A stretch of DNA of 64,000 bases, from contig OX597824.1 in the NCBI GenBank assembly GCA_951406725.2, positions 43,028,001 to 43,092,000 on the forward strand, written 5' to 3'. Positions 41,365-52,334 of the stretch are shown one piece after another (the stretch's first letter is position 1; the number at the start of each line of letters is the position of its first letter). Both the position numbers and the translations under genes were made by a program. The DNA is from Octopus vulgaris. Lineage: Eukaryota. The notes under the pieces were generated by a model that saw nothing but the letters and a program-made list of their open reading frames with translations, was not told the DNA's origin and searched no databases.

Positions 41365-42002
41365 CTAGCAGTATCGCCCGGCGTTGCTCGGGTTTGTAAG
41401 GGAAATAACTATATAAGCATTTTCAGAGAGTTATAGCCAAAAAATAGCAAAAAATGCATTAAAAATGGAAAAAATATGATGGTAAACTTTTTTAAAAATC
41501 GTTGACTCATCGTAGACATTTTTAGTGAGTTACTTCCCTTATATAATAGCGAAAAAATGCATTAAAATGGAAAAAAAAACGATGGTAAATTTTTTTTTAA
41601 ATCGTAGACTCATGTAGACGCTTTCTTAGCCATTTCTGTTTTGGTGTCTTCAAGCCATGAAGTCGTTGTTCTAAAAGAACGCTGGTCTCCTTGACAACGC
41701 ATTACGACGTTGATTTCCTTACACTCCCTTCCCCACAGGTGCAGGTGTGAGCGTGGACGCCAACTCCGCCGCCATCGACACACGAAAAATTATGCATTAA
41801 AATGGAATAAAAAATGATGTTAAATTATTTTTAAAATCGTAGACTCATCGTAGACGCGCGCTAATACTCAGACGGGCTCGATATGAAGCACGACTATAAG
41901 CTACCCGAATTTGGTTAAACTGCACCGCAAAATGTGGGAGTAGTTAGGAATCTAAATCGAAGGGGACAGACACTCACACAACTACAGTTTTATATATATA
42001 GA
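41365..42002 (-). mobile_element. Non-autonomous Helitron
   Basis: Minus strand starts TC(TA)n and ends CTAG, with the subterminal hairpin CCCG-AGCAACGC-CGGG 8 nt before CTAG. Inserted between A and T with no TSD. Internal repeats of AATCGTAGACTCATCGTAGAC. Confidence 0.85.
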
Positions 42003-42503
42003 TATACATAGCGCAGTAGTGGTGAGATGTGACAGCAAAGAAAAGCATACATTCACTCTCTGCATGCAATTCGACTCGGAAAGTTCGTGAGGAACCCATT
42101 GACCCAATTTGCTGACTTTTCCGATAGCACACAGGTCTCAATGAATGGTTGAATGACCAAATCCAAGCTTCTCTGCTAGTTCCTCAACAGTTACGATGAG
42201 ATTTTGTTCCACCAGGGTTTTCAGGATGTCCTTGTCGAGTTCTACAGATCTTTCAGGATGAGGCTCGTCTTCTAGGCTGTTCCAATATAGCTTTGAAAAA
42301 AATAGCTGTTAAAATCGAAATGCACTCTTCAAAACTTGCACTATGAATAAGGACAAGATAAAATTACTACCTGCTTTTATAGCAAGTTAATATAAGTAGT
42401 TTATCCCATTCCCCTCTGACTTTTAGTTCAAGCTGTTGAAAAAACCGCATTATTATATATATATACATACATACATACATACATACATACATACATACAT
42501 ACA

Positions 42504-42535
<32 letters not shown>

Positions 42536-42769
42536 CACACACACTCTCTCTCTCACACACATGCACACATTTATATTCTGTTATTCTTTTATATGTTTCA
42601 GCCTTGAGGTTGTGGCCATGCTGGATCATGTGTGTGTGTGTGTGTGTCTATCTGTCTGTCTGTCTGTATGTATATATGTATATGTATGTGTGTGAACAAT
42701 AATATTTTCAACAGATGTGTTGCAAATGTATCTGATTGTTCTCAAGCTTCAATACTGTGTGTGTGTGTA

Positions 42770-42800
<31 letters not shown>

Positions 42801-42863
42801 ATGTATGTATGTATATGTATGTATGTATGTGTGTATGTATGTATGTGTGTGTGTATGTATGTA

Positions 42864-42896
<33 letters not shown>

Positions 42897-43399
42897 ATGT
42901 ATGTATGTATGTATGTATGTATGTATGTATGTATGTATGTATGAGTGTATGTTTACTTTATTACTAACACAAGCCACTACGGTTATTTAATGTAAAGTCT
43001 TCCTCAAATCACTATCTCTGGCTATTTACTCTCTTCCAAGAACATTTTCACTCACACTTATGTGTTAGCTTCCCATACATTTTACTCATGTATCTATCAG
43101 CGTGATAGAGAGAAACAAATATTACATCTAGTTTCACTTTATTCGTTGCCCACTGTGTGTGTGCGTTTGCGTGTGGTGTAAACCAGACTAAGAAAAGCAT
43201 TTGACACACACACCAGAATGTGAGTTTTCTGTAAATTTTGCTTAATTGGAGTTTAAATTTAAAAAACTGGACCTGGCATGACGCGATGCATTGTACTCTT
43301 AAAAATGCTAGGTAAATTGTAATTGAAGAAATCCTATATTGTAGATTTGTATAACTCCCAAAGGGAGGCAGATAAAATCTGCCTTTTATAATAAGAGAT

Positions 43400-43514
<115 letters not shown>

Positions 43515-44320
43515 TAGATATAGATATAGATATACATGTGTGTGTGTAGCTGAGTGAGTGTGTCTGTGTTTTTCCACCCTATTACCGCTTGACAACCGGT
43601 GTTGGTGTGTTTACGTCACCGTAAATTAGAGGTTAAGCAAAAGGAACCGATAGAATAACTAGTAGGTTTTTAAAATCCTGGGCTCGATTTGTTCGACAAA
43701 AACCTTCGAAGCGGTACCCCAGTATGGCCGCAAGGCGACCAGATTGATGGACAGAAGAAAATGACAAGAGAGAAAAATGAAATGAATACAAACAGGATGC
43801 TGGAAAACCTCTATGAAGTTAAGGGTAAATTCGGAAGACCCAGTTTTCAGCCGGTAACACCGCTGAGTAAGTTTGTTGGAGACGTGTGTTACCCCGAGGT
43901 AGTGGCTTCTCTTTTTGACTAGATGTATATCCTTTGCATACGTAATTTTTAAACCCACCTCTAATATCCCATATTATGTTTTTGTGTCGTCCTTAATTTA
44001 TTATCTATGTAAACAGTTTCGTTAGACACCTTTTAATCTACCCTGGCTAATAAAGGTATCACTATCATCAACATCATCACCATATTAAATGATATTACGC
44101 TTGTGCTGATATATGTGTTGCAGTGTTTTACTTTCAATAACGTTCGCTATGGAAATCGAAGACACCCAAAATATTTAACTGATTGAAGATCCAGTATTGC
44201 ACTTTAAATAAGTTTTACTATGGGAAGATATCGAACACGTAATCGAAATATTTAACACAAAGAAACAATGTTATGAAGGTATGCATATTTAAGCAAACAT
44301 AGAAATAAAAATTATTAATA

Positions 44321-44368
<48 letters not shown>

Positions 44369-44397
44369 CATTATTATTATTATTATTATTATTATTG

Positions 44398-44992
44398 AGT
44401 GAGAGAGCAGTGCATGCCATCAAAATGACACTGGGGTAAAATATACGAAGCCCAGTATACCCATCATGACTACCCGTCTGATAAGGGTACACTAGGCACA
44501 TGCATCACAACCATATGTACGCGACATGGTGATCTCATATGAAGATAAGCAGCACATGACCTTGCAGGTGGGGCCCACTTAGAATTTTCTCAGGTCGAGT
44601 AACCCATCCTGCTCAAAAGGTCCCTGAATAAGGGTTGTTTAAGGATGTTGAATGAAACACCCATGTTTCCAGAGGTGAATTATTCAAACCCCAAAGAATC
44701 CCTCTCAACACATGGCTATGATGCTCCCCCACTACTTCTGCTCGTGATCAGAGATGCACATATCGTCAGCCACTAAGGGACATGCTCAACTGGTTAAGGT
44801 CAAACAACTGACAAGCAAATATGTGGTATTGAGCAGAATATTTGCTGTAGCCCATCTTTTATACCAAGACAAAACAATGTACATGATAACATTTCTAATC
44901 TGTTAAGATCAGAAGCCATGAAAGCCACTGTCTGGTATTAGAAGCCACGAAAGCCACTGTCTGGTATTAGAAGCCATGAAAGCCACTGTCTG

Positions 44993-44997
<5 letters not shown>
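44398..44997 (-). mobile_element. Non-coding 3' end of a non-LTR retroelement with (TAA)n tail (family unassigned)
   Basis: Complex sequence bounded by (TTA)n on both sides. The minus strand ends GCACTGCTCTCTCACTC(AAT)n. A 29-bp unit is reiterated three times at the other junction. Confidence 0.55.
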
Positions 44998-45065
<68 letters not shown>

Positions 45066-45069
<4 letters not shown>

Positions 45070-45476
45070 TAGTTTTATTTTTATAGCATGCTTCACTACC
45101 GAGCGCAGCTCTGTGTGCCTTGGGTATGTGCTGTGATTTGTTGTGATGCTCTGATGGTTACTGTATTTATAGTGTTTTGCGTAGGAAGTGTGCAGTGCCC
45201 AGTAGTGCAATTTTCTGTATTTTATATCTATTTGTAAATCCTGGTGTTTTTGCTATGTATTTGTCTGAATATGTTTTTATCATACCTAATGCACCTACTA
45301 TGATAGGAATTGTTTCTGATTTTAGAACTCACATTCGAGTTACCTCTATTTCCAGGACCTTATATTTTGAAAGTTTCTCCATTTCTTTTAGAGACACGTT
45401 GTCATCTGCTGGTATTGTTACATCAATTAGAAAGCATTTTTCTCCCTCATGATGTCTGACAACTATATCTGGCCTA
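45066..45476 (-). mobile_element. R4/Dong-like non-LTR 3' end with (TAA)n tail
   Basis: Minus translation RPDIVVRH..KCFLIDVTIP..KEMEKLSKY..IPIIVGALG..QKIALLGTAHFLRKTL* (PD..D endonuclease region, one internal stop), then a short 3' UTR with AATAAA and (TAA)n. Confidence 0.88.
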
Positions 45477-45499
45477 AATTATTATTGTTATTATTATTA

Positions 45500-45706
45500 T
45501 GCTGGCAGAATCGTTAGCACGTGGTATTTCAGTGGTATTTCATCTGTGTTCTTTTTTATGTTCTGAGTTTAAATTCCACCCAGTTCGACTTTGCGTTTCA
45601 TCCTTCCGAGGTCGATAAATTAAGTACCAGATAAACAGTAGGGTCGATGTGATCGACTTATCCCTTCCCCCCAAACTGCTGCCCTTGTGGCAAAATTTGA
45701 AACCAT
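45500..45706 (+). mobile_element. Family A SINE
   Basis: GCTGGCAGAATCGTTAGCAC head and TTTCATCCTTCCGAGGTCGATAAATTAAGTACCAG core. Confidence 0.8.
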
Positions 45707-46119
45707 TAGAGTGAGAGAAAGTTGTGGTGAAAGAGTACAGCGGTGTTCACCCCCACCTCACCCCACCGGAGAGTCGTGGAGCTTAGGTGTTTTTGCTCAA
45801 TAAACACTCACAATGCACGGTCTGGGAATCGAAACCGTGTTCTTACGACCGCGAGTCCGCTGCCCTAACCATTGGGCCATTGCACCTCCACTGTTGTTGT
45901 TGTTGTTGTCAAGGTGCGAGCTAGCAGAATCTTTGAAGCGTCATGTACTGAGATCCGCGCTTAGTTTTTGCCTAAATCTGAAACAATAAGGGTTTCTGGA
46001 TTGACAAAATCATTTGAGAGTCGGAAGAAATGCTTCCCGGTATTTATTCCAGCTCTTTACATTCTGTGTTCAAATTCCGCCGAGGTCAACTTTGCCATCC
46101 CTTCTTTAGGAATTGGTTC

Positions 46120-46311
46120 CTAAATAATGTGCCTGTCAGACTAACCTCGCGCCATAAAACTGCCTATCTTGTGCTTAATTCAGAAATCATTGTTGTTGTT
46201 GCTGTTGTTGCTGTTGGTTACTAAATAATGTGCCTGTCAGACTAACCTCGCGCCATAAAACTGCCTATCTTGTGCTTAATTCAGAAATCATTGTTGTTGT
46301 TGCTGTTGTTG
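46120..46311. repeat. Tandem duplication, period 101 bp
   Basis: CTAAATAATGTGCCTGTCAGACTAACC...GTTGTTG occurs at 46120 and again at 46221. Confidence 0.9.
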
Positions 46312-48380
46312 TTGTTGCTGTTGCTGCTGCTGCTGCTGCTGCTAAGTTTTAGAGATGCTAGAAACAATTGTGAGCAGATATCATGCACCATTTCTCTTTT
46401 CAAATGTTATGGTGAGTAAGCGAATGAGTGAATGACTCAGAGAAGGGGGAACTAGACTGAGTGAATGAGTGATTGAGTGAATATAAAGCTATTCTAAAGA
46501 TGATCATCATGAAATTAAAATCGATGTTTTCTTGTTTTACCTCTTCCTTTTTCCCTCTTTTTCTTCTTCTCCGTTGTGTACGTGGACGGACACTGGATCA
46601 AAGCCACAGCAATCAATATCGATCTGTAATAAGAGAGGGACTTTTATCTCCAGTGACGGTAGAATAAGTGCAAGCTTTGTAACTAAAAAATCGATTTAAT
46701 CGGTTGCGTACATATTCCCGATACATTTTAACTGTATATTTGGTGAAAAGAAGTAATTATTACATTATAAATGTAGAGGGGAAAGAATAGAAGGTTACAT
46801 ATAGTTGTGTGCCTTATAATGACTTGTGGTGTTTAACTACATTATTTTAATGTCCTGAGTTCAAGATGCTCCAGCGTCGAATTTGCCTTTCTCCAAGATC
46901 AACGAAATACGTCCCAGTAATACACTGGTGTCAGTTAATTTGACTACACCCTCCCCTAACAATTTTGTACTTACGTAAAAAAAAAATCATTATTGTAATT
47001 TTTGTCCATAAGTGCAGTGCACCTATTAGATTTCTATTAATCAATTTTGAACCAAAACCTTTACATAAATTTTAGCCAAACTATGACTAAACCTAATTGA
47101 GCTAAACCAATTACTTACCCCGTACTAAAGTCTAACAAATTTTAGTCTAACCCACCAGCTCTATTGCAGATAATGAAATATTACAATAAATTTTAACTAA
47201 AATTCGACGTTGCTCTTATCACTAAACACTGCATCACAAAGATACTATCACCGATCCAATCATTAACCTTAACCTCAAACACAATTCTATACCTAAAATT
47301 GTATATATAAAAGACTACTAGCAACTATTTTATTGATACCAAACCAAACGTTAACTTTATAAAGCCAAACTATAAAATGTATCACCGCTAATGTTAACTA
47401 TTAATTCTTATCCTGTATCAGTTCCTAAATTAAACATAACCCAAGCCTTAACTCGAACAAAATCCCATACTAGAACCAATTTCAAACATAACCTTAACAT
47501 CTCTTAAACAGAAATCGAGTAAAAATATAGAAACACTTGAGATGAATTTGAACCACAATAAAAACCCTAATCTTAAACCTAGCCCTAATGACTTGTGATT
47601 TTAAATTTAACTAAAATCGTATCCTTCAACCAACATTTGGCATGAATTCTAACCATAGACAAAACCGTAATCTTAAACGTAACGTCAAGCTCATCCATAA
47701 CTCCTATCTTGATACTACGCTAAACAGCAACATTAATAATAATCTAAATATTAGCATTTTTCCTAATCACAACACCTACCAAAGCGTAAAAAAATACAAA
47801 TTTCAAATAGAAAAAGGTAAAAAGATAAAAAAAACAATAAAAAATTAGTTTTTTCTAGACGATACATTAAAAATAATGGTAATGCTGCAGAGCGAGCATT
47901 ACAAAATTATTCGACTGCATTGCAGTTTGTGGTTGCAGTCAATAGTATGGAGAGGAATTGCTTCTGTGATTCATCGCTCAGAGACCAAATGTTCAATGAT
48001 AATCTAAGGACCAATAGTGAATTATTATAGCATCTTTTGATTTTCATTTTGTTTTAGATGTCACCTACTCGAAAATTTATATGACCCAGAGAGGAAGTAA
48101 CCGGCTGTTGTCCACTCTCCAAAGAACCGTACGTTGAACTTGGAGGTTCGTATCATGGGAGACATATCATGATTACTAGAGCTTTCTGGGAATAAAATTC
48201 GTCAATGATGGAGTCTCTACATCAGGAAAGGGCAACTTTTGTTTTAGACGTAGGCCGCATGAGATATGGATTATCATCAGGTGGGCCACACTACTAAAAT
48301 ATTTCAAGGAAGATTTTCGTTAAGCGCGCCATCCCAAAAAGTTTCGCGAACCGCAGTTTATCCATAACTGGTCAATATAC

Positions 48381-48920
48381 TGGGTGCGATGGGTAAATTG
48401 TCGCCATTTATATTTTAAATTTCGTGCATGCGCATTGTTTGTTTTTGATTTTGTCGACTACACAGTATAGTAGGGTCAGTTGGGCACCGTCTGTGAGAAA
48501 AATAGCATCACTCTGCCAGAAATTTGGAAACGGCAAAGCTCCAATGCGAACAGATGGTGCCGTGTCACCAAAACATGTACCGGGAGTGATAAAAATCGAA
48601 CTTCCAGTCAACATCATGGTGTTTGGAGTGATCACTAGTGATGGCCTCAGACTCAACACAGAGGGCTACATTTAGTGCCTGGAGGAGGTAGTGCTGCCCT
48701 GGGTCAAGAGGGTGGCTGCTGGAATACCCTATACATGGCAACAGGACTCTGCACCATACTACACAAGCAGAACTCAATCATGGCTGTCAGATAATTTCTG
48801 CGATCACATCACCCCTAACATCTGGCCTCCTAACTCCCCAGACTGTCTCTCGTTGATTATTATGTGTGGGGCGCAGTTGAGCGAGAAACCAACAAAGCTC
48901 CTTGTAACATCAAAGATGAA
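48381..48920 (+). mobile_element. Tc1/mariner-superfamily transposon relic (DD37D/maT-like or related)
   Basis: Fragments IMVFGVITSDG, YTWQQDSAP and IWPPNSPDC. Left end begins TA-CTGGGTG; no right TIR was seen. Confidence 0.75.
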
Positions 48921-49069
48921 CTAGAAATAGCGGCCAAATTTCCCTCAGATCATAGCCTATCGTTTAAAAGAAAAGGAAGGATGCATTGGATAATATAAAT
49001 CTAGATAAACTGTGTTTGAAGAATTAAACGGAATGGTCACGACTGGAACATCTTACATTGTAGATGTAT

Positions 49070-49340
49070 AAACAGAACAGCAGATAATATAAAGAGGTCA
49101 GTAGATAAGCGATATGATTAAAGGGAACAGAAAGTGACCAATATGAACGAAGGAGACAGCAAGTGTTCGTTATCAATAAAGAGGACAGCAGGTGAACAAT
49201 ATAAAGGAGAAAGCTGGTAACCAACGTGATTGAAGGGGACAGCAGATAGCCAATAATGATTAAAGAGTATAGAAGGGGGCTAATATCAATACAGAGGACA
49301 GGATGTGACAAATATGAGCAGAGACAGCAGGTGACTAATG
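49070..49340. repeat. Degenerate minisatellite, unit about 25-30 bp (AAAGAGGACAGCAGGTGACCAATATGATT-like)
   Basis: About nine recurrences of (G)GACAGCAG-like words followed by AATAT. Confidence 0.65.
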
Positions 49341-49814
49341 GGAATGAAACTGAATGAAAATCGAGGTAAAAAAAATTTATTTACAAAATATTCTTATCGT
49401 TTTCTTATTAATAGCTTCTCTCCATTTCTTTCTCATTCAATGATGCTGAATATCTATTTCTCTCCTTCCTTCCATGTCGCAAGCTATCAACCGTCCAACT
49501 TTCTCTATCACCAACTTTCTCTATCACCATCTGCAAGTCTACTATTTTAAAACTAGAGAAGTACAGCATGACATACCATAAATATGTATAATAAATGTGG
49601 ACTGGCGTTCACGCATACTTTAACATTCTGCTCAGTAACATAATTATAAATGACTAGCGAAACCTGTGCAAATCCACTTTTTATTTATTCTTATATTTAT
49701 TTTGATGCATAAATTTATAGATTTGCATCACATTGTTTGCTTGTGTTGAACACTCTTCGAATTCATTCCATAGTTAAGGTTGACCAAAGCACAACACTTG
49801 TGTTAAAGATTTCG

Positions 49815-50170
49815 AGGGTGCAAACTGGTAGAATCGTTAAAGCGTCGGTAAAAAATGCATTGCAGTATTTGTTCTAATACTTACCAGTTCAAATCCCACA
49901 GGTATCAACTTTGCCATTTAGCTCGATAAAATAATGTACCGGTCAAATGCGGCGATTGATACTATCAATTCCAATGTGTCAAAGCAAAATCAATCAAAGG
50001 CAGTGAGCTGGCAGAATCGTTAGAAGATCGGAAAAAGTAATTTGCTGTATTTCTTCTGGCACTTAACGTTCTGAGTTCGAACCCTGCTATGGTCAACTTT
50101 ACCTTGTATTCCTCAGTGGTCGAGAAAATAAAATACCAATCTTCGGAGTCGATTGTATCGTTTAGCCCCT
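49815..50170 (+). mobile_element. Two adjacent diverged family A SINEs
   Basis: Heads CTGGTAGAATCGTTA (near 49825) and GAGCTGGCAGAATCGTTAG (near 50005), each followed by a degenerate core. Confidence 0.7.
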
Positions 50171-51686
50171 TTCTTTCAGAATAGCTTTCCTGAAATCATT
50201 ATGTTAAAAATTTCGATTATGCCTTCGAGTTACTTTCACAGTAAGGTGTAAAACTCTAACACACGTCGATACGAGTGGAATATTATATGATGGACTTCAA
50301 ATCAACCTTAACAGTGACAGCTGGCGCAGGAATTTTTTTATTGTTTTAATTATTTATTATCTCATTTATTTATTATTTTATTCAATTTAATTTTGTAATG
50401 GAGAGGTGGCTCGGATAGGTTACGGCCAACAAGTATTCTCGAATTACCAACAATATAAAAATCTGTTTTAGTAGAACAGCAATCTGTCGTCCATATAAGA
50501 CGGTGTCTCGATGATGTTTCCTGAACCGTGTCACTCCGATATACACAACATTCCTATAGAATACACAATGGCTTTGTTTTCTGCAACAGGGAATCTAAAT
50601 CGGTAGTCTAGACGCTAATCACGATAGAACAGTCCATTTGGATTCTTCAAGTAGTCACTGAAACTAGCATTTAGGAAGCAACCCATATTCGCTGGGGCGT
50701 CTTTTCAGTATTTCTCACAAAATGCAATTTGTTTTGTCCTTATTATGTTCCAGCTTAAAAGCCACACTCTGTGCTGACCTTTGAGCTAGCTCCTGTAGAG
50801 GGCTAATTGGTTCTGAGGTTCAAAACTAAGGAGAACTAAATAGCACGACTGTAATACGTCTATAATGACTAATTTCCACGGCGGTGTTTGATCAGAGGTT
50901 AAGGACGGATGAGGATTAATTCTGTAATGCATTCATTCTATTGTTCCAGTCCCAAGTTGAATTCCAACTGATGGCCAATTTGTCTCAAAATTCTTATCTC
51001 GACGTAAAATTAACGAAGCGAATGTCATTTATCTCTCCCTTGATCTGTGACGTCATCTGAAAAACGCCAGCTGAGGTGGCGTGAATCAGTCAAGCTTTAC
51101 CTGCTAGAAATAACGACCCAAATGCTTTTAAATTAGATTCTGATGCTGGATGTTCAAGAACCAAATGAAGGGCAAATGTTCAATCCCGGGATCATCCTGA
51201 TTCCAAAAAGGTATAATATGTCTATGTAGAACAAATGTAGGGATCCTGGACAGACAGAATTTCGTGTTTATTACTATATAAGACCTTACTAATGAAGTAT
51301 GGTAAGAAATTCAGCATGTAAACGTATGTCACAGTTGTAACTGGTTCAGCCTTCGGTCCCTTAGAGAAAAGAGTACACCGAACAAGAGCGCGAGAAGCAG
51401 TAGTTTTCATGGTCAAGATGTTCTGATTATTCCTGGTGGTGATGGGGTCTCCGATTTCGACGATGATGATTCGGTTGTTTGATCAACTAATTTACCTGCT
51501 CCTGCTCCTGTAACGTGTAAGTAACTGAGCATTCCACAGTCACATGACCCCTCAGCATAATTCTCAAGCGGAATCAATGTGACAACGCTGTACCTTTTGA
51601 ATTAAATGTATAAACCACTTGATCGGCTTCTCTACAGTCTCCGCCAACCCAGTTTCATATATATATAAATATAAATATAAATATAA

Positions 51687-51747
<61 letters not shown>

Positions 51748-51765
51748 CATGATGCGAAGGACTCA

Positions 51766-51843
51766 GCGGTACATATGTTTCGGGCCTTTATTAGACAGAT
51801 TTATAACAATGCATAATGTATGTCTGTGGCCTTCTTCAGCCGC
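51766..51843 (-). ncRNA. Type I hammerhead ribozyme, inverted copy in the 5' pseudo-LTR
   Basis: Reverse complement of 56354-56431. Confidence 0.8.
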
Positions 51844-52334
51844 GCACAACAGCTTCCGCAAGGACATGTGTTACATCAAAAATTCTTGGTTGGGGATGCA
51901 AATCCTCTCATTAGGCTAGACTACCAAACCTACAAATCGCTCATCATGAGGGAACTTAGCAAAAAGCAACTTACACGACGACTCTCATCCACCGTACCAC
52001 AGACTTTATTAGAAGAATCAGGTGGGCGGCCTACCATTTCGATAACCCGGAGAAAAGCAACCCCAACTCTAACCAAGAAGAAATAGCACACAGGAAGATA
52101 TTTAAAAGCAGAAGAAACCCACCCTCTAACTACGCACTGGAAAATTTTGAAAAAGACTTAATCGACCTCATTACCAACATCAACATTAGTAAACATAAGA
52201 CCATTTCCAACACCCACTTAAGGAGCCTTAAAGATTTCCTGCATTCACTTAGGAACGATGATAGTCTTATCATACCCGCCGACAAGACTGGGAACTGGTA
52301 TAGGCTAGACTACCAAACCTACAAATCGCTCATC

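Noticed and set aside
44911-44997. 29-bp direct repeats suggestive of a CRISPR array
   Set aside because: The repeats are contiguous with no spacers, the context is eukaryotic, and there are no cas genes.
50420-50790. Minus-strand SYMDD-containing stretch, a possible RT relic
   Set aside because: Only one short motif is recognisable, which is not enough to call.
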